Assembly (NCBI RefSeq): GCF_964355755.1
Contig: NC_092676.1
Location: 29,939,499 to 30,003,498 of the forward strand
Source: Antedon mediterranea
Lineage: Eukaryota; Animalia; Echinodermata
Direction: 5' to 3'
Length of the DNA stretch: 64,000 nucleotides
Shown here piece after piece: positions 43,538 through 54,511 of the stretch (within the stretch, counting starts at the first letter, position 1; every line of letters starts with the position of its first letter). The position numbers were made by a program, and so were the translations under genes. The notes below the pieces were generated by a model. It was not told where the DNA came from. It saw nothing but the letters and a program-made list of their open reading frames with translations, and made no database searches.

Positions 43538-44017
43538 GTAATTAATCTCTTAAAAGACCCATTTATGTTTAAGATTTAGTCTTTCAGTTTTATTGTTCTT
43601 ATGAATGTTACATGAGTGATTGATTCTGTCTGTATTTTGATAATCAGAAGTTGGGTTCAAACAATAAAAAGTGTGTCAACGTCCTTACTGTATGAAACTG
43701 TATAACGAGCAAAATGGTATTGCACCACAAAAGATCAATGTTTACTTTATTGTTTATCTAATGGCGATACCTTTTTTCCACTAATAGCATCTTATTTAAT
43801 GTTTGAATATACAAAAAAGTTTTTGGTTCTTTAAGAAACTTGTTTGATTAAACTTTCTTTCTTTCACTTTTAATTAGCTCTACTTCTAGATTGTTTTGAT
43901 TTGCTGTTACTATGTCAGTGTATGATTAAAAATGATCCAGCATAGTACAGTGTCAATAGTATGTAATTAGAGTGGCAAACTTGTTATATTTATATACTGT
44001 TATCATATACATTTCAG

Positions 44018-44107
44018 CAGCCGCAGCCCCAGAATATATTGGCAGCTTTGTAGGAAGCTGCAATTTAGAAGCATTGGAAAGTTGTCCTCGTGTCCAAACA
44101 GGTTCAG
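44018..44107 (+). CDS. PARP4: PARP4 C-terminal module exon (AAAPEYIGSFVGSCNLEALESCPRVQTGS)
   Basis: Phase 1-1; paralog of 47484-47555 (intragenic segmental duplication). Confidence 0.45.
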
Positions 44108-44347
44108 GTAGTGTTCAAATTATTCATTGATTGCTTTAAATAAGTTTACAAGTTATCAAAAATGACATTAAAGGTAGAAAATCTGTAATACCAAGAAGAA
44201 TATTAATCTCAGTTTTTTTTTCTAATTAGCAATACCTTTTTTCCACTAATAGCATCTTATCTTATCTTAATATTTGAAAATACAAAAAGTTTTTGGTTCT
44301 TAAGAAACTTGTTTGATTAAACTTTCTTTCTTTCACTTTTGTTAAAG

Positions 44348-44395
44348 AATTAAATTGTTTTGATTTGGACAGTGTATCAGCACCAAGAGCTAAAG
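44348..44395 (+). CDS. PARP4: PARP4 C-terminal module exon (ELNCFDLDSVSAPRAK)
   Basis: Phase 1-1, ends ..aaag|gtatg. Confidence 0.45.
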
Positions 44396-44862
44396 GTATG
44401 TTTTTTGATAAAACAAAATGCAAAACATGTATGTATCTATTGTACTGTTTCAGATTAGAATTTGTTTGTGTGCCAATGTGCTTATACTTAAGGTCCATTT
44501 ACACTAGGACGATCTGCATTTTTCAAACATAATCAAAAGAAATGTAAATAGTTTTCATTCTAGAACTATAAGATAACCATCCATGCTTTAATGAAAATGA
44601 TACTTTCACAGCAACATTTTTATTTATCGTGACGCCTTGATTGGATTTTTAACAATAATATTTTTATCAAAGACAGCATAAATGATTATTCTGTAGTTCT
44701 TCTAGAACGAAAACCTTTCTAATTTCTTTTTTTTTATCTAAGAAAAATGCATGCTTATTTATCGTCAATCGTTATCATCCTAATGTAAATGGGCCTTTAT
44801 GTATTTGGATATCCAATTATCTTTATTATGATTAATATTATAATGATTTTTTTTTTTATCAG

Positions 44863-44910
44863 CATTTTCTAACAGTAAAAGAAAAATTTATACTAAGTCA
44901 TTTTCTAAAG
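44863..44910 (+). CDS. PARP4: PARP4 C-terminal module exon (AFSNSKRKIYTKSFSK)
   Basis: Phase 1-1, ends ..aaag|gtatg. Confidence 0.4.
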
Positions 44911-45435
44911 GTATGATGTTAACTTATTATTCATGTATGTTGGTATAGTATCTTCATAAGCATGATTAATTATTTAAAAAATCAACTGGACTGGCTATTA
45001 AATCAGCTCTCATGCTATTGGCATCATTGAACATTCCAGAAAAGAATTTGTTGATTAAACCATTTTATTTGTTTATCACATGCAATTTTTATTCGTACTC
45101 TAAATGAAGACATGATTATTGTAGTATTCAGTATTATGGTGATTACTGTAAAGACAGTACAGTAATGGTGATATACATAATCACTGTACAGTACAGTCCT
45201 TTCATTATCATTGTCTTTATAATTTATCTAAAATAAATTGGACGTTATCGTACCTAAAGTTATGGATTAAACCATTTGTTTATTCCATGATATTTTCGTT
45301 TATATTTGAATGTCGATACTTCAAATGTAGATAATTCAAATGAAGAAATTGTGGTATACCTCATTGAATAAAGTAATTTTTTAAGAGACTTGTTTAATGA
45401 CTTTTGATATGCTTTCAATTTGTGTGTGTGTTTAG

Positions 45436-45522
45436 AAGCCAGTTGTTTTGATATTATTGAGGCTCAATCACCACCACCACTGCCGCCAAAGCTAAAACTT
45501 GCCAGTATGAACAACAGATCAG
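45436..45522 (+). CDS. PARP4: PARP4 C-terminal module exon (EASCFDIIEAQSPPPLPPKLKLASMNNRS)
   Basis: Phase 1-1, acceptor tttag, donor gtaatt. Confidence 0.45.
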
Positions 45523-45589
45523 GTAATTTTAAAGTCACACGACAGCATCTTTTATTTTTCTATAAGACATTCTATTAGTGATACAGTCA

Positions 45590-45745
45590 CTCAGGGAGAG
45601 ACCTCTTGGGTTGAGCAGGAGAGACTCATGTTGTGTAGTGTTGACTCAATCCAATAAAGTAGTATTAGTGATACAGTCACTCAGGGAGAGACCTCTTGGG
45701 TTGAGCAGGAGAGATTCCTGTTGTGTAGTGTTGACTCAATCCAAT
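45590..45745. repeat. Tandem duplication of about 74 bp x 2 in a PARP4 intron
   Basis: tattagtgatacagtcactcagggagagacctcttgggttgagcaggagaga.tc.tgttgtgtagtgttgactcaatccaataaagtag. Confidence 0.8.
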
Positions 45746-45771
45746 AAAGTAGTATTTGTAGCTAGCTACTG

Positions 45772-45880
45772 TAAAGTTCTGTTTACACTATCAAACTAGT
45801 TTGACAAAAAAAGTGTAATGTGCCCAAATATGGTAGTGATATGCTTAAATATGGTAGTGATATATCATCATCATGTGCCA
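45772..45880. mobile_element. MITE family copy, partial, in a PARP4 intron
   Basis: aaagttctgtttacactatcaaactagtttgacaaaaaaagtgtaatgtgcccaaatatggtagtgatatg.. Confidence 0.6.
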
Positions 45881-46062
45881 TAACTAATCCGTTTTTGTTG
45901 TCCATCATTCGAAACAGTAATGGTGATATACAATATAATGGTGTTCTTTAATTATCATTGTTTTTATTATTTACTTAAAATAAATTTGAAGTTACCATAC
46001 CTAAAGTTATGCATTAAAGCATTTGTTTATGCCATGATATTTTCATTTATATTTGAATGTAG

Positions 46063-46134
46063 ATACTTCATGTGATGACATGGGTAGTTTATGTGGAATG
46101 GATTTCAAAAGCATGGTAAACTTCTCGGATTTAG
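46063..46134 (+). CDS. PARP4: PARP4 C-terminal module exon (DTSCDDMGSLCGMDFKSMVNFSDL)
   Basis: Phase 1-1; the upstream intron duplicates 45100-45330. Confidence 0.4.
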
Positions 46135-46558
46135 GTAAGTTATTTCACCATATTAGATAACATAATTTAAAAATAAGAAAACTGGAAAAAGATGGTAAAC
46201 CAAGAAGAAAATTTGTTTTAACCAGTAATTCTGATTCTTTGGAATTGTTACAATAGAACAGTATTTATATACTTAATGTTGTACACGTGTCTAGCTTTCT
46301 CAAAGTGAACTGAATGTTTACCTAATGTTGTACACGTGTCTAGCTTTCTCAAAGTGAACTGAATGTTTGCAAAACGTTTTAAGTACCATTTTAGTACTTT
46401 TAATCTTTTGAATCAACAAAAAAGAAACCTTCTCTTCTTTTCATTATACTACACAATATATACTTTTACACGTAATATACTGAGAATTAAATAATTCATT
46501 TATAACAGTGAGGACAAGGAATTATAATTACTCTAGCAATGTTTCCTTTTTTTTTCAG

Positions 46559-46603
46559 TGGAAAGAGGCGGTGTATTATCTGGTGAAAAACAGTTGAAAA
46601 GGG
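46559..46603 (+). CDS. PARP4: PARP4 C-terminal module exon (VERGGVLSGEKQLKR)
   Basis: Phase 1-1, donor gtaggt. Confidence 0.4.
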
Positions 46604-46826
46604 GTAGGTGCTGGATTTTAGCAGCATATGTATATTTATTTGCATATATATTTATGTAATGCTACAATTGTTGCTAGGTTATTATTAAGAATATCAAAAT
46701 AATGTAAAGCTTGTAACACCATCAATGATGTCATTTATTTGTATTGTTCATTTGGAGTTCTCGCTTTTGAATGTTGTTACTGAAATGTAGAATATAATTA
46801 TTCTGTTTTTTTTATAATATTTTTAG

Positions 46827-46850
46827 CAACGATATTCAAGAAAAAAAAAG
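46827..46850 (+). CDS. PARP4: PARP4 C-terminal module exon (ATIFKKKK)
   Basis: Phase 1-1, donor gtaagt. Confidence 0.35.
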
Positions 46851-47297
46851 GTAAGTTTCTTGTGATTGGAAGTCAAAAATATTCAAATTAGAAACAAGTT
46901 AATAATCAGGTAGAATTAAAAGCTCTGGTATCCTTAGGCAAGATACAATTTTGGGTGTAGGTGTAGAAATGGGTACCAAGTTAGATCAAGACACAACTTT
47001 GCGCTGATTACTAGCTGCATTATGGGAGTATGTTTCCATACATGTTTGATAAAAAAAAGTGATCAGGTTAATAATGTGAAGTGCTTAGAAGCATTGTGCA
47101 AAGCGCTATATAAGAACAATTATTATTATAGATGATTTGAAATAGTGGGTGGGCTTAAGGGCTGAACTGCTGAACTTAACCTACTGCTTTATCTTTACAT
47201 TGTCATTTTCAAAACTTTGGAGCCAGTTGCCTGTTTTTTTGGTTGTTTTTTTTTAAATTGTTAAACAATTAATAAATTATACTGCTTTATTTATCAG

Positions 47298-47333
47298 GAT
47301 TTTCACTTGGTTTTCCTAAACGCAAAACAAATG
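47298..47333 (+). CDS. PARP4: PARP4 C-terminal module exon (GFSLGFPKRKTN)
   Basis: Phase 1-1, donor gtaaat. Confidence 0.4.
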
Positions 47334-47483
47334 GTAAATATGTTTTCATTTTGTTTAGCTTATTTTGTTGTTCAGAATTACTGTCAATGTATGATTAAAA
47401 ATGATCCAGCATAGTACAGTGACAATAGTATGTATTTAAAGTTGCAAACTTGTTATAATTGATGATATTATATACAGTTTCAG

Positions 47484-47555
47484 CAGCCACAGCACATTTC
47501 TCACTAGAAAGCTGCAATTCAGAGGCATTTGAAAATCGTTGTCATTTCCAAACAG
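47484..47555 (+). CDS. PARP4: PARP4 C-terminal module exon (AATAHFSLESCNSEAFENRCHFQT)
   Basis: Phase 1-1; paralog of 44018-44107. Confidence 0.45.
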
Positions 47556-47918
47556 GTAGTGTTCAAATTATTCATTGTCTACTTTAAATAAGTTATCGAA
47601 AATGACATTAAAAGGTAGAAAATCTTTAATAATACCAGGAAGAGTATTAATGTCACTCTCTCCTGGTATTACTTGGTAACTAAGTTTGTCAAAATCCGGG
47701 AGAATGATCTTAATGAATTCTGCACAATTATACTACCATAAACTAAATTATTATTTTGGATTATGTTGATAGTTTTTGCCTTGAGTAAATTACTGTTATG
47801 TTTATCTATTTTTCCACTTTTATAGATACAGTAACAATATTTATTTAAATCAATGAAGTCAATACCAACTCTCCAGATATGAAATTTCATCAATATTGTC
47901 AATATATTTTTCCCCTAG

Positions 47919-47969
47919 ATATGAAGAGTGATGATGAACTTGATTTTGATTTACTGTCTTACTATCAGA
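47919..47969 (+). CDS. PARP4: PARP4 C-terminal exon (DMKSDDELDFDLLSYYQ)
   Basis: Phase 1 in; donor gtaagt at 47970, which is the first unit of the 41-bp tandem array. Confidence 0.45.
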
Positions 47970-48410
47970 GTAAGTAAATACTTTGGTTTAGTACTGTCTT
48001 ACTATCAGAGTAAGTAAATACTTTGGTTTAGTACTGTCTTACTATCAGAGTAAGTAAATACTTTAGTACTGTCTTACTATCAGAGTAAGTAAATACTTTG
48101 GTTTAGTACTGTCTTACTATCAGAGTAAGTAAATACTTTAGTACTGTCTTACTATCAGAGTAAGTAAATACTTTGGTTTAGTACTGTCTTACTATCAGAG
48201 TAAGTAAATACTTTAGTACTGTCTTACTATCAGAGTAAGTAAATACTTTAGTTTAGTACTGTCTTACTATCCGAGTAAGTAAATACTTTGGTTTAGTACT
48301 GTCTTACTATCAGAGTAAGTAGATACTTTGGTTTAGTACTGTCTTACTATCAGAGTAAGTAAATACTTTAGTACTGTCTTACTATCAGAGTAAGTAAATA
48401 CTTTTTTTTA
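47950..48410. repeat. Tandem repeat, 41-bp unit x about 11 (gtactgtcttactatcagagtaagtaaatactttggtttag) spanning a PARP4 exon-intron junction
   Basis: Each unit contains the last 14 nt of the exon plus the gtaagt donor. Confidence 0.9.
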
Positions 48411-48417
48411 TTTTCAG

Positions 48418-48503
48418 TGGAGAATAATGAATTGGCACTTACTTCTGCTGAAAGTGATGCCATCTACCATTCTGTACAAAGAGTCTCTTCAGCTCAACAC
48501 AAG
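48418..48503 (+). CDS. PARP4: PARP4 C-terminal exon (MENNELALTSAESDAIYHSVQRVSSAQHK)
   Basis: Acceptor ttttcag 48411-48417, donor gtagta; phase 1 in, phase 0 out. Confidence 0.5.
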
Positions 48504-48716
48504 GTAGTATACAAGTACTATTTAACGAGCGCTAAATAGTGCGTACTATTGCACGCCATGTGACCCACAATCGTCCAATCAAATGACAGGAATTTATTTA
48601 GGTGTTATAAAATAACAAATATCAAACAGGTTATTGAAGCATTTGAGCAGATATGTTTATCTTATAAAATGTGAATAATCTTAATTAATTGACATATTTT
48701 GTTTGTTGATCTTTAG

Positions 48717-48810
48717 CACAATAAATCATGGAGGATACCATGTCTACGTGAATTATTAAAACTTGAAAAATTGATTGAAGAACATGCTCAAATTATTTCA
48801 CAAACGCATG
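48717..48810 (+). CDS. PARP4: PARP4 C-terminal exon (HNKSWRIPCLRELLKLEKLIEEHAQIISQTH)
   Basis: Acceptor ctttag, donor gtaaga; phase 0 in, phase 1 out. Confidence 0.5.
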
Positions 48811-48879
48811 GTAAGATTTAAGAGTTTCAATTATTAGTACCACATATATGTAATATTAAATACAGTACTTAAAACTCTT

Positions 48880-50105
48880 AAAAGAGTTTTAAGTACTGTA
48901 CTGTATACTCAATTTGTACTGTATACTCAATCTGTACTGTATACTCAATTTGTACTGTACACTCAATCTGTACTGTATACTCAATTTGTACTGTATACGC
49001 AATTTGTACTGTATACTCAATTTGTACTGTATACTCAATGTGTACTGTATACTCAATTTGTACTGTATACTCAATTTGTACTGTATACTCAATTTGTACT
49101 GTATACTCAATCTGTACTGTATACTCAATCTGTACTGTATACTCAATTTGTACTGTATACTCAATTTGTACTGTATACTCAATCTGTACTGTAGTACTCA
49201 ATTTGTACTGTATACTCAATTTGTACTGTATACTCAATCTGTACTGTATACTCAATTTGTACTGTATACTCAATCTGTACTGTAGTACTCAATCTGTACT
49301 GTAGTACTCAATTTGTACTGTATACTCAATTTGTACTGTATACTCAATTTGTACTGTATACTCAATTTGTACTGTATACTCAATCTCTACTGTATACTCA
49401 ATTTGTACTGTATACTCAATTTGTACTGTAGTACTCAATTTGTACTGTATACTCAATTTGTACTGTATACTCAATCTGTACTGTAGTACTCAATTTGTAC
49501 TGTAGTACTCAATTTGTACTGTATACTCAATTTGTACTGTATATTCAATCTGTACTGTATACTCAATTTGTACTGTATACTCAATTTGTACTGTAGTACT
49601 CAATTTGTACTGTATACTCAATCTGTACTGTAGTACTCAATCTGTACTGTATACTCAATTTGTACTGTATACTCAATCTGTACTGTAGTACTCAATTTGT
49701 ACTGTAGTACTCAATTTGTACTGTATACTCAATCTGTACTGTATACTCAATTTGTACTGTATACTCAATTTGTGCTGTATACTCAATTTGTACTGTATAC
49801 TCAATCTGTACTGTATACTCAATCTGTACTGTATACTCAATCTGTACTGTAGTACTCAATTTGTACTGTAGTACTCAATTTGTACTGTATACTCAATCTG
49901 TACTGTATACTCAATTTGTGCTGTATACTCAATTTGTGCTGTATACTCAATTTGTACTGTATACTCAATTTGTACTGTAGTACTCAATTTGTACTGTATA
50001 CTCAATTTGTACTGTACACTCAATCTGTACTGTATACTCAATTTTTACTGTAGTACTCAATTTGTACTGTATACTCAATTTGTACTATATACTCACATTT
50101 TTTTA
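48880..50105. repeat. Satellite, 18-bp unit (actcaatttgtactgtat and variants ctg/gta) x about 68, 1.2 kb, in a PARP4 intron
   Basis: Direct repeats; the ORF-track ORFs 48878-50041 on both strands are artefacts. Confidence 0.95.
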
Positions 50106-50202
50106 TCACATAAACTTTGATAGTGTAGACAGAGCTTTATACGTGAGCAGTTATTCTGGCCTATGCCTATTGAGTTTGCTAAATAAATATTATTATTGTT
50201 AG

Positions 50203-50502
50203 ATGAAATTGAGACCTGCAAGAGCATCTTAAGTACAGCAGTAGTGGTATGTTTGCTGGAGTATTTACTTGTGAATCTGGTAAAGGTTTGTCAAAATGGA
50301 ACAAGGATTTGGACACGAACGGTTTACAGAACTGCATTTTATTCACTTTGGGAAGGTGAAAGTTATATGGACAAAAAATCAAAAATGTCAAAAAAGCCTG
50401 ACTGTGTATCGATGCAATTACTAAGGAAGCTTACACTGACTGGACTAACTCTTACAGAGTATGTTGAAAAACATATATTAGGGGCTTGGCAGCATGTACC
50501 AG
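50203..50502 (+). CDS. PARP4: PARP4 penultimate exon (DEIETCKSILSTAVVVCLLEYLLVNLVKVCQNGTRIWTRTVYRTAFYSLWEGESYMDKKSKMSKKPDCVSMQLLRKLTLTGLTLTEYVEKHILGAWQHVP)
   Basis: 300-nt open frame, phase-compatible with both neighbours; loosely aligns with the human MVP-interaction region ..ECLLDLIATMLVLQFIRTRLEKEGIVFKSLMKMDD. Confidence 0.55.
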
Positions 50503-51419
50503 GTATTTTTGAATTTCTTTTATTTAGAATCATTTTAATTATGGATAATAATAATAATGGGGCTAAGATGTAAGCAAGAGCTTTAGACGCAAAGTCGCTT
50601 TAAATGAATAAATATAAAATAAATAAATAAATGAATAAATTTAAAATAAATAAATAATTGAATAAATTCAAAATAAATAAATAAATAAAATCAATAAAAT
50701 GTACCATTGTAACGATAATAATAATACTAACAATAGAAATATGCAGTGTTATGTCTAGAATTCACTAGCCCCCTTCAACAAACCACACATAATACATAAG
50801 ATATACAATTTCATTCAACAGTTTTTTTAGTAACACTAATGCTTGGTTCCCACTAGAGACGCAACACAAGGACGTAACGCAACGAAATGAGTTAACGAAT
50901 CACAAGCGATTGGATATTTGAACTGTAGCCTGTCCTTGGTCAACACGCTTGCATTGTTTCTAGGTCCTTGCGTTGCGTCCAAAGCTTAAGTGTCAAGATT
51001 ACCGTGTCATCATCTTAAAATTTAAAAAAAAATTATTTTAAAATATAAACCAGTTCTATACAGATTATAATGTATCATTTTTGAATTAACGTTTTTACTT
51101 ATACATACTTATATGTAGATTTAGATATCAGAAGTTTCAATTTTGCTGGTTCTGAAGTGAATTTGTCTGCATATATATTAAAACTGTTGTGGTCTGAATT
51201 TGATTGGGAAAGTGTAAGTTGATAGTACTTGTAATCATTATAAAACACTGAATTATAATGTGAAGTAAACATTAGTGTGAGTTAATTAGTTGTTTAACTA
51301 TAAAGTACATTTTTTTTGTATAACAACAGTAGACAATATACATTTAACATGTCCAACTGCATTCATGAGGCACTCTTATAATAAGACACTTTGTTGGGTC
51401 AGAAATGTGTCCTCTTAAT

Positions 51420-51660
51420 GGGAGTTCTACTGATTACCTGTATGTATGTATCATTTAATTATCTTATAGAAAACATACATGAGTCACTCGAGGTATATGA
51501 AGTATAAGCTGGTTACATTTGTATGTGGCCAGTAATGTAACCATTTAATTACCTTATAGAAAACATACATGAGTCACTCAAGGTTGTACTGTATATAAAG
51601 TATAAGCTGGTTACATTTGTATGTGGCCAGTAATGTAACCATTTAATTATCTTATAGAAA
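51420..51660. repeat. Tandem duplication of about 120 bp x 2 in the last PARP4 intron
   Basis: ..atttaattatcttatagaaaacatacatgagtcactc.aggt...agtataagctggttacatttgtatgtggccagtaatgtaacc.. repeated. Confidence 0.8.
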
Positions 51661-52112
51661 AGATTTTGGAAATTGTCTGCAACATTTGCTGTAATATTTG
51701 CCATCAAACGGAGATTTGTTGTTGCTTTGCTGGAACGTGCTGGTATCAAGGCACTAGGTAATCCATTTGACATTTTTGGGAATGACTCTTGTAGTTAAAG
51801 TAATCTTATTTACTTTAGCAGCCCCTGACCCATTTATCCCTGTAGGCCTATATTTTACATTATGTTGGTCAAATAAATTAATGAAATGAACATTAATGGA
51901 CCATAGTAGTAATGGTAAAACACAAAGAACAATACAAGACAATTTGGAGAATGAGTTTAAAATAATTTGCTGTGACAATAATTATTATGTAATATTATTA
52001 TTTATTTTTAAAAAGGCTTCTTAATTCTTAACAGCACTTGATTAAACAATCTCTGATTATTCTTGAATATTGAAAAGGTTATTTTTTTATTTTATAATTT
52101 TTTTTTTTGTAG

Positions 52113-52333
52113 ATTTAACACTGCAGAAGAAAGTTCACTTCATGCTAGCTATTGCCATTGCTCTTGAAAGATTCCAGTCTTCAAAGAATTTAAGAGAAAT
52201 AAAAAAACAACCAATAAAACAGCTGAATGCATGGTTAGATGAGAGTGAAAATGATAACTATGGACTTGCCTCACATCTAGAACTTGGCCAAGACTGGCGC
52301 GATGTGGCATCTAAGTTGTGTACAAATAAGTAA
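52113..52333 (+). CDS. PARP4: PARP4 terminal exon (DLTLQKKVHFMLAIAIALERFQSSKNLREIKKQPIKQLNAWLDESENDNYGLASHLELGQDWRDVASKLCTNK*)
   Basis: Aligns with the human PARP4 C-terminus ..WAFEAIKQASEWVRRTEGQYPSICPRLELGNDWDSATKQLLG; stop TAA 52331-52333. Confidence 0.7.
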
Positions 52334-52420
52334 TAGCTTAAAGACTCACTGGTATCTAGAACTTGGCCAAGACTGGTGTGATGTGGCATCTTAGTTGTGT
52401 ACAAATAAGTGATACTGTCG
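52265..52420. repeat. Tandem duplication of about 77 bp x 2 spanning the PARP4 stop codon
   Basis: ctagaacttggccaagactggcgcgatgtggcatctaagttgtgtacaaataagtaatag.. followed by ctagaacttggccaagactggtgtgatgtggcatcttagttgtgtacaaataagtgatac. Confidence 0.85.
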
Positions 52421-53739
52421 CTTAAGTATAAAGACTCACTGGTATCTGAACCTTTACTGATTTATGCTGTATATGTGGCAGCAGATACATATAGTTTTGT
52501 CCAAGATGAGAGTTTTGTGAAAGGGCCATAATTACATTTTGTATAGTTTAGTATAGGGCATGTGTGTTATTAGTACTGTACATAAATTACATAAATTACA
52601 TAAATTACATTTTTAAAGTTTTGTAATGTGAATGTTGTCATACAGAATTTACAGTACTGAAAAATGAAAAAACTTAAGTTTGCACTTAAATAGTGTGCAT
52701 AGATATATAATATATATTATAGGAGTATAACTTTTTTGTGAGCCACTTTATTAACTATGTTACAAATTGTATACATAGTCATTTATTTTTTATGAATTAA
52801 TCATTTCATCAGATATTCTACCTTTATTTATATTTTTAATTTTTGCAATGTAAACAAACATTTTTGCAATGTAAACAAATAAATGTATATAATCATAATT
52901 ATATTATTAATTATTATAATAATGTTGATGTTTAATTAAGTTAAGTATGTTAAATATGTTTTGTCAAAAACATGAAAAATGAAGAATAATAAATCAGACT
53001 TTTAAGAATAGTTTTAAAGAAGTTACAAAAAGGTAGAAAAAACACAAAAAAAAAATATTTTCACTTTTAAAAAGAGAAAATAAACAGTTAAACCAAAAAC
53101 CTATAGGCTGACAGGTAAATATATATTTTGTGAATAACTATAATATGTGACATTAAAATGGAATATTCAGGGACAATTAATATATCTTTTGGAAATGCTA
53201 TAGATTGAGAAATAAATGTAATCAACTTATAAAATATTGTTTCCTGAATAATGTTTATTTTTATATTTATTATACAGTAATTAGAAACTAACATTCGTGG
53301 TGTTCCGCACCATTCAGTACATTACTACAGCAAAATACTCTTGAATGTTGTTTGACTATTAAACAACAATTAAACAAGGTTAAATAGACAGACATGCTGA
53401 GAATGTTGTGTTTTTTTTTTTATCTCGGATTGATTGTCTTAAAAAGTCACACTTGACGTCCACCCTCTATTTTCGATTATCCAATCAGAATTCCGTTATC
53501 ACAATGAACCCCCTAAGGTAACGAAGAATAGAATGTGTGTATTGATTATTGACGAATGGCGAGTCAAAAAGTGGTGGAGTTTCCAAAACAACCACAAACA
53601 TGACTGACCACAGATAATACATCTGTCTGTTAAAGTTTAATAAAACATCTAAAAGGTAAGTAAATGGAGAAAAATGAAGAAATAAAATGTTTGTCAATAA
53701 GCAGTGTACTGTCTAAGTATTTCAATTACTAGATGATAC

Positions 53740-54086
53740 AGTATACTGGCTATTTAGTAGGTAGCCTAGCAGCTCCTCCTCTAGGCCTCCTACACGCTCT
53801 AAACAGGTCGCAACTTAAATCCAGAGGCTCCGGGCCAGGCTGGCTAGGTACATGATTCAAGGCTAACTTGGCCTATTTGTTGGTAGTACATTGCAGTAGC
53901 CTAGGTAGATTTAGTTGGGTTTAATAATAATAAGGCTTATTACTAGTATGATTATCTACAGTTCTAAATACTAACACTACTAAAAAAGGTCTCACTAGAG
54001 CCTAGCTCACCCAACAGTTGGGTGAGCTAGGCTCTAGAAACAGGAGAAATTAATAAATGATATCGCTTTGTTTTTGACAGAAAAAA
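53740..54086 (+). promoter_or_regulatory. UBE3A: Putative UBE3A promoter: CpG/GC-rich island plus a perfect 44-bp palindrome (53999-54042) ending about 45 bp upstream of the ATG
   Basis: ccgggccaggctggctagg.. is GC-rich in an AT-rich genome. ctagagcctagctcacccaactgttgggtgagctaggctctag is an exact reverse-complement palindrome. Confidence 0.35.
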
Positions 54087-54229
54087 ATGAGTAACGGTGG
54101 AACTTTCGCAGTTCCTGGGAAGCCGCCCCCACGACCTGGTGGCCGAAAAGCAACAAAATTTGCAGAAAGAAAAGGATCATTACCAGCAAGTATTATTAAG
54201 ACTGACTTGAGCAGACTAAAACTTGAAAG
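54087..54229 (+). CDS. UBE3A: UBE3A (E6AP) first coding exon (MSNGGTFAVPGKPPPRPGGRKATKFAERKGSLPASIIKTDLSRLKLE)
   Basis: ATG 54087 after acceptor-like tttttgacag (an upstream 5'UTR exon is possible); donor gtagag 54230; phase-compatible with exon 2. Confidence 0.55.
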
Positions 54230-54400
54230 GTAGAGCAAGCGGTCTACATGCACCAATCAATATGCATGTAGTAGTGTGAAAATGAAACATTGATGTTTGA
54301 TTTGCCATCTTCAGACCGGAACAGCTAGTGTGAAAGACTCTAGTTTATATATTAATTTGTTGTTGTTTTACAGTTACATTTTATTTTAAATTTTTATAGA

Positions 54401-54511
54401 CATCAATCGCAACCAAAACTCTCAAGAGATGAAGGTGGTGGCTCGATGAACAATATATTATTTCAACGAGGGCGCTCTAATAGTTTGACACCGCTAGATA
54501 GTTTTAAAAAG
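54401..54511 (+). CDS. UBE3A: UBE3A exon 2 (RHQSQPKLSRDEGGGSMNNILFQRGRSNSLTPLDSFK)
   Basis: Acceptor ttttatag, donor gtgagt 54512. Confidence 0.55.

Noticed and set aside
48878-50041. ORFs MSIQYKLSIQYRL.. and MYCILNLYCILNL.. on both strands
   Set aside because: Translations of the 18-bp satellite in a PARP4 intron.
8246-50105. Tandem arrays considered as possible CRISPR arrays
   Set aside because: The sequence is eukaryotic (spliceosomal introns, metazoan genes). The repeats are contiguous satellites without unique spacers and there are no cas genes.
51658-51757. Candidate PARP4 exon (EKILEIVCNICCNICHQTEICCCFAGTCWYQGT)
   Set aside because: It lies in a 120-bp tandem duplication, the peptide is implausible and not homologous, and it is not needed: exon 50203-50502 joins 52113 in the correct phase.
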